Source of the DNA: Ruditapes philippinarum | Lineage: Eukaryota | Direction: 5' to 3' | Length of the DNA: 64,000 nucleotides | Assembly (NCBI RefSeq): GCF_026571515.1 | Contig: NW_026857197.1 | Location: 1-64,000 of the forward strand | In this document: positions 1 to 13,383 of the stretch, piece after piece | Layout of the letters: every line of letters begins with the position of its first letter | Position numbering within the stretch: the stretch's first letter is position 1 | Notes under the pieces: model-generated | What the model saw: only the letters and a program-made list of their open reading frames with translations | Database searches by the model: none | What the model was told of the DNA's origin: nothing | Program-made: the position numbers and the translations under genes

Positions 1-95
1 CAGTTTACTGGTGGAGGAAGACCTCAGGTGCCCTTCTGTGCATTTTTTTTCAGGCACAAATGACCTGAGTAGAACCACCGACGTTTCATAAGCAA
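1..95 (-). mobile_element. tRNA-derived SINE fragment (same family as 25308-25574)
   Basis: TTTACTGGTGGAGGAAGACCTCAGGTGCCC..AGAACCACCGACG matches the SINE body at ~25360-25440 and ~42720-42810. Confidence 0.7.
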
Positions 96-279
96 GAAAC
101 ATTTAAATACCATGAACTAGTGAAAGTGCTGGTAACAAAGTTACAAACTTTGATAAGATAAACTTGTCATTGAAGTAATGTAGTACAATTTAAGAGTTTA
201 AAGCAGTAAATAATTTATATATATACACATTGCCATGGTAACCATACCATTATTTCAGTATATTAATTGTCTATTATAG

Positions 280-2968
280 ATGATGTCAGATTATTTGTTT
301 GGTACGGGGATGGATGAGACAATTAGAGCCCAGAACCTCTACAACAAGACATATTTCTATGTGTTTAATTACAAGTCAAGATATGACTACTTACCTACAT
401 GGAGAGGTATTACATTAATTTTTATTGTATCTCTTTGATCTTTAATAGTGCATTTAGTATGTAATTAGTGCTAATGAAATAAACATATGGTATAATTTTA
501 TTTTTACCCGTTACAGAGTGTGTTTAAAATAACATACACTGTTGAAAGCAAATTAACCCGATACAGGGTGATTCAGTAAGAGCATTATTTGACAGTGTAA
601 ACAATTAAAAACTGACAAGGTGCATTTAAAAAGACATAGTTGCTCAGTTTGAAGAATTTTTACCGCACCCAATACAGGGTGTGTCAGTAAGAAACAGCTA
701 CAGTATAAAGAATGTTTTACCACTCACACTGGATGCATTAAAAAGGACATGAAGTAATTAAGAATTTTTACCACTTCTAGGGTTGGTCATAAAAGAAAAA
801 TATATAGTATAATGTATATTTACCACTGAAAATGTTTGTCAATAAAGAAAATGGTATTAAGTAATTTTTACTACTGAAAATGTGTGTCAATAAATAAAAA
901 TATGATACTATAAAGAATGTTTACTACTTACAGGTGTTGCACATGGACAAGAGCTACAGTACCTGTTTGGTTTCCCATATTTTAATGAAACATACACAGA
1001 TTTATTTGGTGTGTATCCAAGACAAGAGTACGACAAGAATTACAGTGATAGGAATGTCAGTGAATACATGATCAGTTTGTTTACCAACTTCTCAGATTCA
1101 GGGTATGTACAAATTAATTTTCTCAACTCTAGGTACCAGAAATATAGTATATTATCAGTTTATTTACCAACTTCTCAGACTTACAACCAACTTCTCAGAA
1201 TGAAATAATATATAATCAGTATATTTATTAACTTCACTGACTGAGAGTAGGTATTTGAAAATAATGCATTATCAGTATATTTAGAACTTTTTGCACTCCA
1301 ATTAGGTTGATAATACATAATCAAAATATTTCCTGGAGGTTACTAGACAAATTATACATTCTCAGGTTATTAACTAACTTTTCAGCCTTTGGGTACTAGA
1401 GGACACATTAATACAATATCGGTTTATTTATACATTTTTGTCAAAGTCTGGCTAAAATGTAAAATGATTTAGCTTAATCCCTGTGGCAGTCTGGCTAACA
1501 TATTTATTGATAAATTACTATGCTGATAAGGCCATCCTTAAAAAAATGTTGGTTTGCAGTAATGCGACCGACTTACAAAATTTGCCCCTACTCAAAATAA
1601 AATGTAGGTCTTATTAAATTAGAATTCAGTTATCAATTTATTAATTGTTACCAGATTATCAAAGCATATATTGTCCAGCATTTTGAAATTCCATGTTTAT
1701 TTGGGAGTACAGTTCAATAAAAAAAAAAAAAAATCGACCTACCTACCCACCTTGAAAATTCTGGGTCGGGTTACTGCAAACAAACATTTTTTTAAGGATG
1801 GCCTAAACATATTTTATAATTTGAATTACTATTGATAACAGTGTTTAATTGTGGTTTTTTTTAGGAATCCTACAGACACAAAATTTTCACTGAGCAATTT
1901 TAACAACATAGCATGGCTAGAATACAATTTACAGAATCATTCATACCTAGACATCGGGAATAAATCAAAAAATAGTGTGAACTATCGGCAGAGAAATTAC
2001 GCATTTTGGCGGGAGTATTTTCTTGCTGTTTCAAACAGAGAGACATGTAAGATTTTCTTCATCATAACCTGTTTATATGTTTTAACTTTAAAAATCTTAA
2101 TTTTCTTATCTCACCTTTCAATGCATATATTGAATGGATATGAACAGGTTTATCAGATATTTTATGTTTTATGACATTATTTGAATCTTTTCGCTGTGAT
2201 CTGAACATAATTATGTCATGTAGAAAATTACGACTTGTACAGTACTCAATTGTAATATGCACAGGCAGTCGGTGCGTGGCTTGGATACTATACATGTACA
2301 TGACCACTTGTATTATTTTTATAAATTAAATATCTTTTTATTCAAAATGTTTTTAAAACAACATATTTGTAGTAAAACAACAAAAGAAAGTTGTTTTTTT
2401 AATTTGACCCATATAATACTATTAATAATTTTCTTTATAATGTACTTTATGTATAATATCCATACACCGACTGCCTGTGGTTATATGTACAGGTTTGAAC
2501 TACACAAACAATAAAGCATGCGCGGTTCAATTAGAAATAAAATGAGCCGGGTCATAATAAAACCAACATAATGGGTTTGCGACCAGCATGGATCTAGACC
2601 AGCCTGCGCATCCTCGTAGTCTGATCAGGATCCATGCTGTTCGCTTACGAACCATATAACAAGTAGAGAAATTGATAGCGAACAGCATGGAGCCTGATCA
2701 GACTGCGCGGATGCGCAGGCCGGTATGGATCCATGCTGGTCGCAAAGGCACTATGTTGGTTTTGTTGTGACGCGGCTCATATTTATATTTAATATACATT
2801 GTATATATTATATTTATTTCAGATTTTACTACACAAGCTCCAGAGAGTGAACATGCGACGATGTATGAGTATGCCACGTGGTCAGTGACAGCATTAGCAA
2901 TAGTGTTAATTATAATAGTGACAGCTCTTGGGATTGTGATATGTAGGATGAGACCCAGGGATTACTAA
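280..2968 (+). CDS. Carboxylesterase/neuroligin-like type-I membrane protein, last 4 coding exons (5' part upstream of window)
   Basis: Exons 280-406, 934-1102, 1865-2046 and 2823-2968 have AG/GT boundaries and compatible phases. Translation: MMSDYLFG..TYFYVFNYKS..PTWR|GVAHGQELQYLFGFP..DRNVSEYMISLFTNFSDS|GNPT..WLEYNLQNHSYLDIG..YAFW..|..TWSVTALAIVLIIIVTALGIVICRMRPRDY*. It contains the cholinesterase-family catalytic-His motif (GVxHGxEL), the TNF..GNP motif and a C-terminal TM helix. Confidence 0.9.
1530..1803. mobile_element. PIF/Harbinger (Tourist-like) MITE
   Basis: TIRs GGCCATCCTTAAAAAAATGTTGGTTTGCAGTAA / TTACTGCAAACAAACATTTTTTTAAGGATGGCC, flanked by TAA on both sides (1527-1529, 1804-1806). 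Confidence 0.8.
2543..2779. mobile_element. Palindromic ~237-bp MITE (TGAGCC...GGCTCA family), copy 1
   Basis: ~100-bp imperfect inverted arms (AACCAACATA..TTGCGACCAGCATGGATC..TGTTCGCT / AGCGAACA..GATCCATGCTGGTCGCAA..TATGTTGGTT). A second copy is at 35383-35619. Confidence 0.85.
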
Positions 2969-3371
2969 ACATTGTGATGTCTGGCTGTTTAACATACTGC
3001 TTAATACAACATTCACCCTACTGATTTTTCATCATGGACTTTTCATGCTTTGAAAACAGAAAGTTGAACTTTCATTAATTTTGTTAACACTATTAATGTT
3101 TTTATATAAAATTGCTAAAATTGTGCCATCAATAGTACAGAATTAGTGGCCACATACGGATTACCAAGGAAGTGAAAAATGGCCATGTTCCTCTGAACGG
3201 AAAACTGACCAGGACCCATGGACGAGCATTACGGGGCAGGCTCTACAGAAGTGAAAACAGACTATGCTCTATACTTGTAATATTGGCAAGTTGTTATTGC
3301 TGTAATCATTTAAAGTGTTGCTTTTCTCTCAGTTTGTTAAAAAATCAGGCATGATATTTCTGTTCTATGTA

Positions 3372-4305
3372 TTTTTAGCTCGACTTTTCGCAGAATAATC
3401 GAGCTAATGCAGTCACCCATTTGTCGGCGTCAGCGTCCCTGTGGTTAAGTTTTTGCATGTAAGCTAGTATCTCCATAACTACTGAAGGGAATGGATTGAA
3501 ACTTCACACACTTGTTTTCTGTGATTATCTAAGATGATTGGCACAAGTCCCATTACTCTGATTTGCTTTTTTACATAATTATGCCCCTTTTTCGACAGAA
3601 ATTCTTGGTTACGTTTTTGCGTGTAAGCTGGTATCTCCATAACTACTTAAAGATCCTGTATGTTTTGTGATTGATTTTGTTACTGTGTATATCACACACT
3701 TGCAAAATATTATATATGTATATAATTATGCAAATAAAACAATTTTCAAACATCCAAGAATATGTAAAATGTGTACTGTAAATATTTGTGCACATTATAT
3801 TTAATCAATAAGTTACATGCATTCATTACTTATTGGAAAATTTGACTTGGAATTTATAGAAAATAAATTTCTAATTACCTCCATTTATTTACGCAAAATG
3901 TTAAATTGGGTAATATCTTTATAGATAATGCTTATTTGAATTTACAAGATTGACAAATCTTAATTTGAGCATCATATTTATGAAATAAAACCATGAAAAA
4001 AATGTGTTACAGGATCTTTAAGGGAATGGATTGAAACTTCACACACTTGTTCTCTGTGATTATCTAAGATGATTGGGACAAGTCCCATAACTCTGATTTG
4101 CTTTTTTGCATAATTATGCCCCTTTTTCAACTTAGAAATTCTAGGTAAATTTTTGCTTGTAAGCTGGCATCTCCATAACTACTGAAGGGTTTGTACCTTT
4201 TCGGACATTTGTATTCATATAGGTAAGCATTATTATACTCAATGAAACACCCTTGTGACAACTTTTCGAATAGTTGAGTGTTACTGTCCTCCGACAGTTC
4301 TTGTT
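3372..4305 (+). mobile_element. Helentron/HINE (DINE-1-like) non-autonomous element with 2-3 internal tandem units
   Basis: Starts TTTTTAGCTCGAC with a 5' stem-loop (AGCTCGA..TCGAGCT). The unit GTAAGCTGGTATCTCCATAACTACTGAAGGG is repeated. The 3' end has the hairpin ACTGTCCTCCGACAGT followed by TCTTGTTT. Confidence 0.65.
3651..4017. mobile_element. TTAA-flanked MITE (Kolobok-like) nested in the HINE
   Basis: TTAA|AGATCCTGTA...TACAGGATCT|TTAA interrupts the host unit AACTACT-AAGGGAATGG. Confidence 0.7.
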
Positions 4306-7118
4306 TATAATACCTGTACATTCCATAATGTAAATAATTATTATTCTCTTTATATATATGTTTAACTGACAGGGAATATATATACTGTAAATATTTTTTT
4401 TTTAAATCAAAGTTGATTGAAACTGTATGTATATAGTTAAATATTTCTATCTGTAAAATGTATGACACAAAGTGTAATATGATTCATTGTTTTACTTATA
4501 ATTCTTGCATTCATTAATTATGGCATGTGAAGGACAGACTTTACATTATTCCTTGTATGGATGAAACAATGTCACATTTTCATACCCTGTTCATATACCT
4601 ATGTTAACCTGTTCTCCTGGATCAGGAGCGCATTTTGCTTTTGGTCTGTCTGTAAAAAATGGGACGTAACACAAAAGTCCTTCCAGACTTCACACAAGCA
4701 TGCATCTTGTTGAGCTCTACCTGCAAGATCCACTTAGAAGTCAAAGGTCAAGTTCACCACTATTGCCATAGGTCTAGGTCACCCCTATGGGCATGGTGTC
4801 CATTCGAATATGGCACTTTTTGTGATGCACATCTTGTAAAATTTTTATTCATTATATTACATAATCAAATATGACATTATTTAATTGATTGTACATAGTT
4901 TAATGAACCATTGACCTTGTTTGCTCAAGTTACTTTGATGTGTATTATCAAAGTCACATTTTTAAGAAATAATTATTATTGATTGTGTTTTATATCACTC
5001 CAACACTTAAAGATTATATGGCATTTTCCAGTTTTAGTAAGCATGAGTAAGCACCTATGTAGAACCTCCAAACCTGTTTAAGCTATCTGGATAACTTTCT
5101 CACATTAAAGAATTTAATTTTTTCAGGATTTGATCCAATGGTATAGTGCTATTTTTAACAAATTACATATTCTGGAAACATAACTTGCTTGTAAATCAAT
5201 GGAACATATATGAGAAATATTAAGTTCTGATAGGGAAAATGTTTTAATAGGGGTCAGAACTGAACTTTCAAGCTGACCTTGACATTACGTTTCCTGGCTT
5301 GTCGGTTCATAGATAGATTTGATGAGAAAACTTTTTTGTAAGTGTAACAATTATTAAAATTGTCAGAGAAGTACATTAGCATTCTACTGTATTTATAGTA
5401 AAGAAATTCATGAACAGACATGTTTTCATGAGTGTTATTTGAACAGAAATAATAATACAGTGGTATGGTAATGTATCCGATATGATCATGACTTTATCAG
5501 GTTTGTGTATACAGTGTACATTTCTCTGCTATGCAGAGCATGTTGAAATAATTGTAAATGTCCAACAAAAGTTGTCTTCCCTTTGTATCTTGTATTTTTT
5601 TCCAAATCCTACAAAATTGTCTGAGCGAGTTATTTCTAGATTTGGTGATATTGGATGGTTGTTTTTGATGTCTATATTCTATGATTCTTAGGAATTGTGG
5701 TTTTGAATGAAAAATTGGTGCATGCTGTCCAAATTGGTTGATTGTTTTTATTTTGCTTTTTTTCCACCATCGTTTTATTTTAGCTCAAACCTGTATACAT
5801 GTATATGTATTTTTTGTGTTGTTTTTTATCATATAAGTTAATTGTATAAAACTTAAATTTACATTAATTTTACTGTCATATATTATAAAGGTGTATTGCT
5901 CTATGTTTCATATTAACTATTTCATGCAAATGTGTGACATCATTAAATTTTGATACCTTGTTGGGAAATCAGCATGCATAAAATGGATTTACAAAATAGA
6001 ATTAAACTCTATTTTCTAAATTTATTTACACAAGAGTTTATGAAATTTGTATATATTTTTTTAAATAAGGCTTTACTTATTTTTTACAGACCAAAGCTTT
6101 TAGCTATTTTAAGATATTTATATAATGTTAAATCATAAATATGTGACCTTGTTTTTACTTGTTTATAATTATAAGATATCTTTTTTCCTTTTATTAAATT
6201 CAGAGGGTTATAATAAACCTATGACTTATTTTTGGGTCTTAAATGTTTATGAAATATATGAAAATACAGTAATGTAAACCTGGGTCAGAGGTTATAAAGA
6301 AATTCTCTATGCTGAAACTCAAAATACACAGAATTTGATTTACCAGAAAGTAGCGCAGAATGTACACAATGAAAATCCAGAGATTTAAGACTGTATTAAA
6401 AAAGATAAATTTTGTAACCTTGAGGCAAGGTATGTTGTGCCAATAACAGAATTACTGTTGGGTTGGGGGCTATTTAGTTATAAGAACTATTGTTCTATAA
6501 AATTTAGTTAAGACCCATTCTTTAACAGTGAACAATATATGTTATGTATAAATAGAGGACTGAACACAATATAAAAACTTTTTTTCTTTTTCTTTTTTGA
6601 AAAATATGAAATAGTCCCAATGCTTATTTATACTCTTGGTTCACAACATTTTCTTTGGCAAAATTTTCTGTTGTGGCAATAGACTTTCTCAAGATTTTAG
6701 AATATTTTGGGTTTTCCCAGCTAATTTGGAAGGGAGGGACTTTTTATTTATTCCCAACTCAGCAATGCTTTTGGAAATCCTTGCAGTATGTAAAAATTGG
6801 GAGTTGTCTCCCTTCCACTATGATACTTACAATATGAATTTGGGAGTTGTCTCTCTTCCACTGTCTCTTGTAATTCAGAATAGAATGGCTGTGCACTATG
6901 TAAAATTATGTCATTGAACAATTAAATACGTGTTGTTATATATGGATAAGACTTTAATAAAGATTATTATATTCTAACCACTAATTCATTAAATGTGATG
7001 GATTAGTAGTGGGTCCCGGGTCCCTTGCTGAGAAATTTTAATGGTTAAGTTATCCATGAAAGCCAAGATATGACCAAAATGTATATAAGCATAAATAGAG
7101 GATGAAAATTACCATATA

Positions 7119-8806
7119 CACTACCCTCCATAAGTAAGTATACAGTGTGATATTTCATAAAAAAGTCAAAAAACAGCTCTTAAACTTAAACAAATACTTT
7201 ATTTGGCATTTAATTCATTTAATATCAAATTTGTTTGTTATTCATTGACAAATAAAAGTCTGCATAACAAGAACTTGGTCATTAAAGAACATTAAGAACT
7301 TTTTTAAAAGTCTGTATGCAAAATACCAATTCACGACATGAAGCAGCATTGCCAATAATTCATTTTCAATAACGTGTATAGCCTCCTTTGGAAGCAATAA
7401 CAGCCATCATTCTCTCTGGCATGCTTCTTATAAGTCTTTGACACCTCTCTACAGGTATTCTGTCCCAAGCATCCCTTAAATTGGCTTCCAACTCGGTTAG
7501 ATTTCTTGTCCTGTAGTCGTGAACACTGCATTTTAAATCATACCACAGATTTTCAAATGGATTAAAGTCAGGGCTTTGTGGTCATGCTCCTGCTTCCAGA
7601 CATTGACTATTCTGGCCCTGTGACATGGAGCCCCATCATCTTGGAAGAAGTAGGAGTCGCCATATCCAAGGTAGTGGGCAGAGGGGATTGCAACATTGCT
7701 CAAAATGTCAATGTATCCATGTGCATTCAAGTTACCGTGAATAGTATGGAGAAAACCTGGGCCTCTGTATGACATTGCACCCCACACAGTCACTCCACCA
7801 CCCCCAAACTTCACTGTTGGCACAACACAGTCATTGTGAAGCCTTTCAAAACCTCGCCCTGGACAAACACATTTCCATCATTTTGGAACAGAGTGAATCT
7901 GGACTCATCTGTCCAAAGAACAGCACTCCAGTCAACCCAAGTCCAATCAACATGCTCCTGAGCAAAGGCAATGCGCTTCTGGCAGTGAACTGGGGTCAAC
8001 AGAGGCTTCCTGACTGCCTTCCGTCCATGTAAACCAGCATCCTGTAATCTACGCCTTTCTGTGGTGAGGCTCGATGAGACTCCTTAGTTCTCCCATGAAT
8101 ATCTGAGGAAAGGCACAGTCTCCCGACGATCTCTGAGACTGAGTCTAATGATGGCTCTATCATCTCTCATATATGAAAGTCTAGGGTGCCCTGAACGAGG
8201 TCTTTCGGCCAGTCGTCCTGTCTCTTCCTTGCGCTCCAATGTCTTGTAAACTGTCTTCCTGTAAGAAATATTAAGACAAATATCAGGTCCATTTCTATAA
8301 AATTTGGTCAAGACATACATTTTAATTGGTAAAGTCATATAAAGAGTTAAAATTTAAGAAAAGACGCTTACCTGAAAACTCCAAGGACTCTTGCGATGGC
8401 AGTGACGCTCTCTCCATGTTGGTGACGGACCAGACATTCTACCCGCTGTTCTTCTGTCAAACGAACCATTTTATTGTTGTGTTTTATTGATGATTTTTGT
8501 CCAAAAATGTTATACTATTGTCATTTCACGCATTGATCATGTTGATTGTATGATTTGGATTGAATTTTTTTGACAAATCTCACTTTAAAAAAACTTGGTG
8601 AATTGAAAAGAATTGCCTCAAATTTAAATCAACGCATAATTTGTCTGAAAACGGTGGAACGGTGTGTTTTTATTCTCTCCCTTTTAATAAAGATTACTTG
8701 CATTACAGAATGAAGACAAAACAATTGAAATAATGTTAGCTATTAGCCCAAAATTTGACAAAAAGCATATTATTCATAAGTGTATACTTAATTATGGAGG
8801 GTAGTG
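7119..8806 (-). mobile_element. Tc1/mariner (DD34E-type) DNA transposon, full length but decayed
   Basis: 28-bp TIRs CACTACCCTCCATAAGTAAGTATACAGT / AGTGTATACTTAATTATGGAGGGTAGTG with TA on both flanks. Minus-strand transposase pieces: WTDESRF, KFGGGGVTVWG, FQDDGAPCH, QSPDFNPFENLW. Confidence 0.92.
7340..8469 (-). pseudogene. Tc1-like transposase pseudogene with one intron (8259-8371)
   Basis: ATG at 8469 gives MVRLTEEQRVECLVRHQHGESVTAIARVLGVF, which splices (GTAAG..TACAG) to RKTVYKTLERKEETGRLAERPRSGHPR. There is a premature stop at 8084-8086 and several downstream frameshifts. The 3' end coordinate is approximate. Confidence 0.85.
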
Positions 8807-11800
8807 TATTTCACTCGTGGCTACTGCCACTCATGAAATATTTATTTTCATACCACTCGATGAAAATAAATCATGTATTTATATAAAAAACTTGAATTTT
8901 CTGTTTATTATATGCATTTTTCTCTTTCTGGACATAAAAATTTGAAAGACGTTGCCTTAAATTTTGAGCACTGGCAGAATTTAAAAGAAAGTAGTCCGGC
9001 AAGACACCAGTGAAAATACGGAAAATATGTTTCACTGCAGTGAAAAAATAAATTTTTACAGTGAAAATACGGAAAATGAAAATACGCATTTTATTTCATC
9101 AATATTTCTCAATATTTCATTTAAAAGTATATAATAAAAAGTAAAACTTACAAAAATGTTCATGATTTTAGATATTTTGTTTGAATATTCAAACATGTTT
9201 TTTTAAGGTTTCATTTTTTTTTCTATATTTGTTTTGTTTTATAATTTTATTTTTTTTTCGTCTGACAAGTAAATTTTCATAAGTTATAAAACTTGTCCTT
9301 AACTTTTTTCTTGCGGTTTGTTAGTTTTTTTCTTTAAGTCCATGTTGTTGAGGTTTTTGTAGTTACTGCATGTTGTTATATTGACATTTTGAAACATTTT
9401 CATCCCTTTAATGAATGCAACAGATGGTGTGTTACAAGCTGTGAAGTGACAGGTTTATTTTATACCCTATAATGTCTCTCTGTTACTTTTAATCATAATG
9501 TTTTATTCAAATCAATTTAATAGGCGTAAAATCCCTTCAAACTGCAAGAATAGGAATACTTTATTGTTAAACTTCTTGGATGGTGAGTTTTATATTTATT
9601 AAATATATTATTTACATTCTGATATAAAAGAATGCTATTAATGTATTGCATATGGTCGAAGATGAGGGATGTACAATGGGGGGGGGGGGTATGTACTGGC
9701 AAAGATGAATAATTTTTTTTTTTTGAAACTATTTTTTTTATGCTGGCATAACACCACAAATTTTTTTTTTGTACTTTAGTCTTTGCATTATTTTACTTGC
9801 CCATTCAGAATAGCTAAATTTGAAAATTTCTAAGTCAAAGTTAGACACTTGAATAAGATTAAGAAATAAAATGTTTTAAACACCTACAGGTGTGCCTATG
9901 TCACAAGTTAAATCTCTGTTGAAATGCTTTCTTCGTGATTAGCTAAAAGCCTTAACATATTTTTCAAACAATAACATATTTTACTTAAAACCTTAAGGTA
10001 GACTGTAAGACAATGAAACTAACATTGAACACAGTCTGTTATACATGTTATAATGCTGGTGTGCCATACAGTTTGTTACTTAACTTTATTCACATGTAAA
10101 TTAATATGTAAGGCTGTAATTAAAAATTGTGATATCAATATCATCCATGATTCCCAACATACAGCCATTTCAATATTGATTCAAAATTTAAAAATTTATA
10201 CAATTTAAAACCCATATTTCCGTGAAAACATCACTTAATTTTTGTTAGAAGGGAGAAGACCATTTTATTACCCATTTGAGACTACATGTAGCTTGAATCC
10301 TGAATTTAATTTTCAGAGGTCATGTACAAACATTAACAAGAAAATTAGAAAGTATATTTTTTGTACACATGTATTTGTAAAGTTTATAAAAACAAGCATG
10401 TACAATACTTTGATGACAAAACATCTGCCACATATTTAAATACAGTGTCATCTGTACCAGGTATATTTGTATTTAAAGCTTCATGTCTCCAGATGAGCCA
10501 AAATATTTCAAGAAAAAAAAAACTTTGAAATAAATGTAGTAAGATTTTAAGAAAAATGAAAATATTCACAGTTCAAGAATTAATTATCGTATAATATACA
10601 ATTAATGACAAATTTTGCAGAATTTATCACCATATATCACATAACCATGCATGTTAACTTTTACAGATTTTAAATTATTTTAAACTGAGGAGTTAGGTTT
10701 AAGTTGATAATAATGCATAATAATTCATTGTGATGATTTTTTGAGAGTGGTTAGGAGAGTGTGACATTTATCTGTGTATTAAAATTGAAATTGATTATTT
10801 CATATTAAAATTGTACAGACATAATGAATCATTTTTTGTACAGTATTTACATGTAATTTGTATTATTTGAATAACAGTGGAACTATTTTTACGGATTTAA
10901 ATGAAGACATTATAATAAATTAATGATAGACAAACTTGCTTTAAAGACCACACTAAAAGGGCTGCGTTTCATGTAAGGTCTATAGTGTATCCTAAGTCCA
11001 AGGATATAAATCCAACTTCAGGACTAACTTATGACCACTTTGATAAATGTTTTTACCTTAAGTCACCGACTGTAGACTGTAATTAAATTCATTTTCCTGA
11101 GAAAAGTTAAGAAATACAATGACAGACCTTTTTATTCACAATATGTTATTGCTCATATCTATTGCTATTCAGAAATTAAAAGAGTCATAATTTAGGAGTC
11201 TTAAGTTTAGACGTTTTCATTGAAACACAAAAGTGTCTCTGGATTATAATGCCTTATAGAGAACCAGTAATATAAAGGTTATCATTTTAGTTTACCATTT
11301 GAGTTATTTGAACTGATTTTATTATGTTAAATCAGCTCTTTATTAGAGACCATTCCTCAAAAAAATGTACTGAGGTTTTTCCCTTAATTCAAATACTGGT
11401 TTTTTGGTCTCACTCTCTACATGCTCTAGGTCAAAAGATAATTCATACTTTTGTTATACATGTATATATTTCTAACACTGAGTCTATATTTGGTTTAGGA
11501 AAGGAAAAACATCCATCTTATAGATGGTTAATCTTTCCAATTCCCAAATACATTGTACAAGCTACTACTGTTTTGATTTTGGGAAAAGGGGAAGTAACTG
11601 TCTTTGTGGGATAATCTTGCAAGATAGCTTATCTTTCTTTTTTCCCAACGGATATTAATATACAGGAATTTCAGTATTTGATTTGGGAAAAGGACATGCT
11701 ATGATGAGTCACAGAGGCAAAACAATTCCAAAAACTAGTTTGACTGAATTCAATGAATGTGTCAGAAAAATGATTTCTCAATGAAAGCAATTGTGAATCA

Positions 11801-13383
11801 GTTCTGTATTTTTGTAATGTAGATTTTGTACATTTCTAATCCTGTATATTTTTTTGTATATAATGTTGTTGTTTTTTTTACTTACAGGGCAATATGTCAT
11901 TTATCATATACATATCAAACATGAAATCATTTTTACTCTATCTACATACCTATATTGTATCATTTTTCTTAAAATTATGTATATATATAACATTCCAAAA
12001 ACTGCAAACTATTATACGATTGCAGTAATGAATTGTATGATGAAATACAGAAATAACTAAGCATATACTTGTTTTACTTTATATCAGGAACAAATGAGGA
12101 GACATTACGTTCTGTAACGTTAGCTTATTTAGATAATCAGGCTGCAGAATATCTAGGGTACCAGTAAGTATATAAATCTTTTTCCAAGATTGAAAGTTAC
12201 AAAAGACATAACGTATGTCTTGATGTAATAAAAAAGCAACCAAATCTGTACATTATCGAGACATGAGTGTGATGATATGAATGTTTGTGAACAAAACAAC
12301 AGACAGCAGTTACCTAGTTTTGTTTGATATAAATCTTTTTATATGCATTCTAGAATCACCATTGTAGGACATAGTATCGAGCGCAAACACCATGGTCTCA
12401 AAAGTCAGAGATCAAGGTCAGACTTGGAGGTCAGGAGAGAAACCTTGTCGGAGTAAAACACTTTCGTGCATTGCATGATTTTGATATATCACTTGGCACA
12501 AATGTTAACTTTTTTGACGGGGTGACATCAGAGCTTTTCAACAAAGACTGTACCTGTTGGGTAGCATGTTACTTGTTTAAAATGTCAAATTTGTTATTAC
12601 GACCTAGGTATCAGCGAATACATAGAATCTACATGTCATCTACATCTCTGGTAGCTAAAGATACTTCAGCGAACAGGTTTTATAGTTCTGCTTTACTGTC
12701 GCAACGTCAAAATAAAAGCGACATATAAAGTTATGGAAGCCAGAACTACATCTCTGGTATCAGTAACCCATTTATGGCAGAACAGTATTTACAACATTAT
12801 AAATAAACGCCGTAAACAATACTAAGTCTTATACAACAAATGTTCTATGCCATGCAGTACTTATTTCTCATTTTCAAAATTACAAACATGTAAATCTATT
12901 TAATTTTCATGAAAAAAAAACCCCTGAATGAGTGCTTAATTCTGTTTTAAATATTTGTATTAGATCAATACGTTTCAATTTATATAACTATAAATCGGTG
13001 ATCCACTTCTGAACGCACAATCATTTATATAGCGTTTGTAATTCGAGCCCTCTTCCTATTCATTTTTTAATGCGGGCTATGCGTTGATATAGCTGATAAC
13101 TCGTATAGTAAAGGTTGAATTGTATGGGTAGAAATAAAGCCTATAGAATAGATATAGTTAGTCCAAAAATAGAAATATTGAAAGATTTTATTGTTAAAAA
13201 ATCATGTACGCACCTGTAGACCTATTGTAAAATAATATGTGATTAACTTGTGTTTCAGGACTTTTGGATTTTAATTAAAAACGAGTGGTGGCAGTTTAGG
13301 AGTGGAAAACAATGACGAAAGGGGAAGCGAAAACATTCATGTTGTTTTGTTAAATAATAGATTTTATCTGCATAAGAAAAGAA

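Noticed and set aside
4127-12728. Numerous 60-110 aa ORFs in AT-rich sequence (other than the Tc1 pieces)
   Set aside because: Low-complexity F/I/L/K/Y composition, mostly non-ATG or weak starts, and no splice-consistent model.
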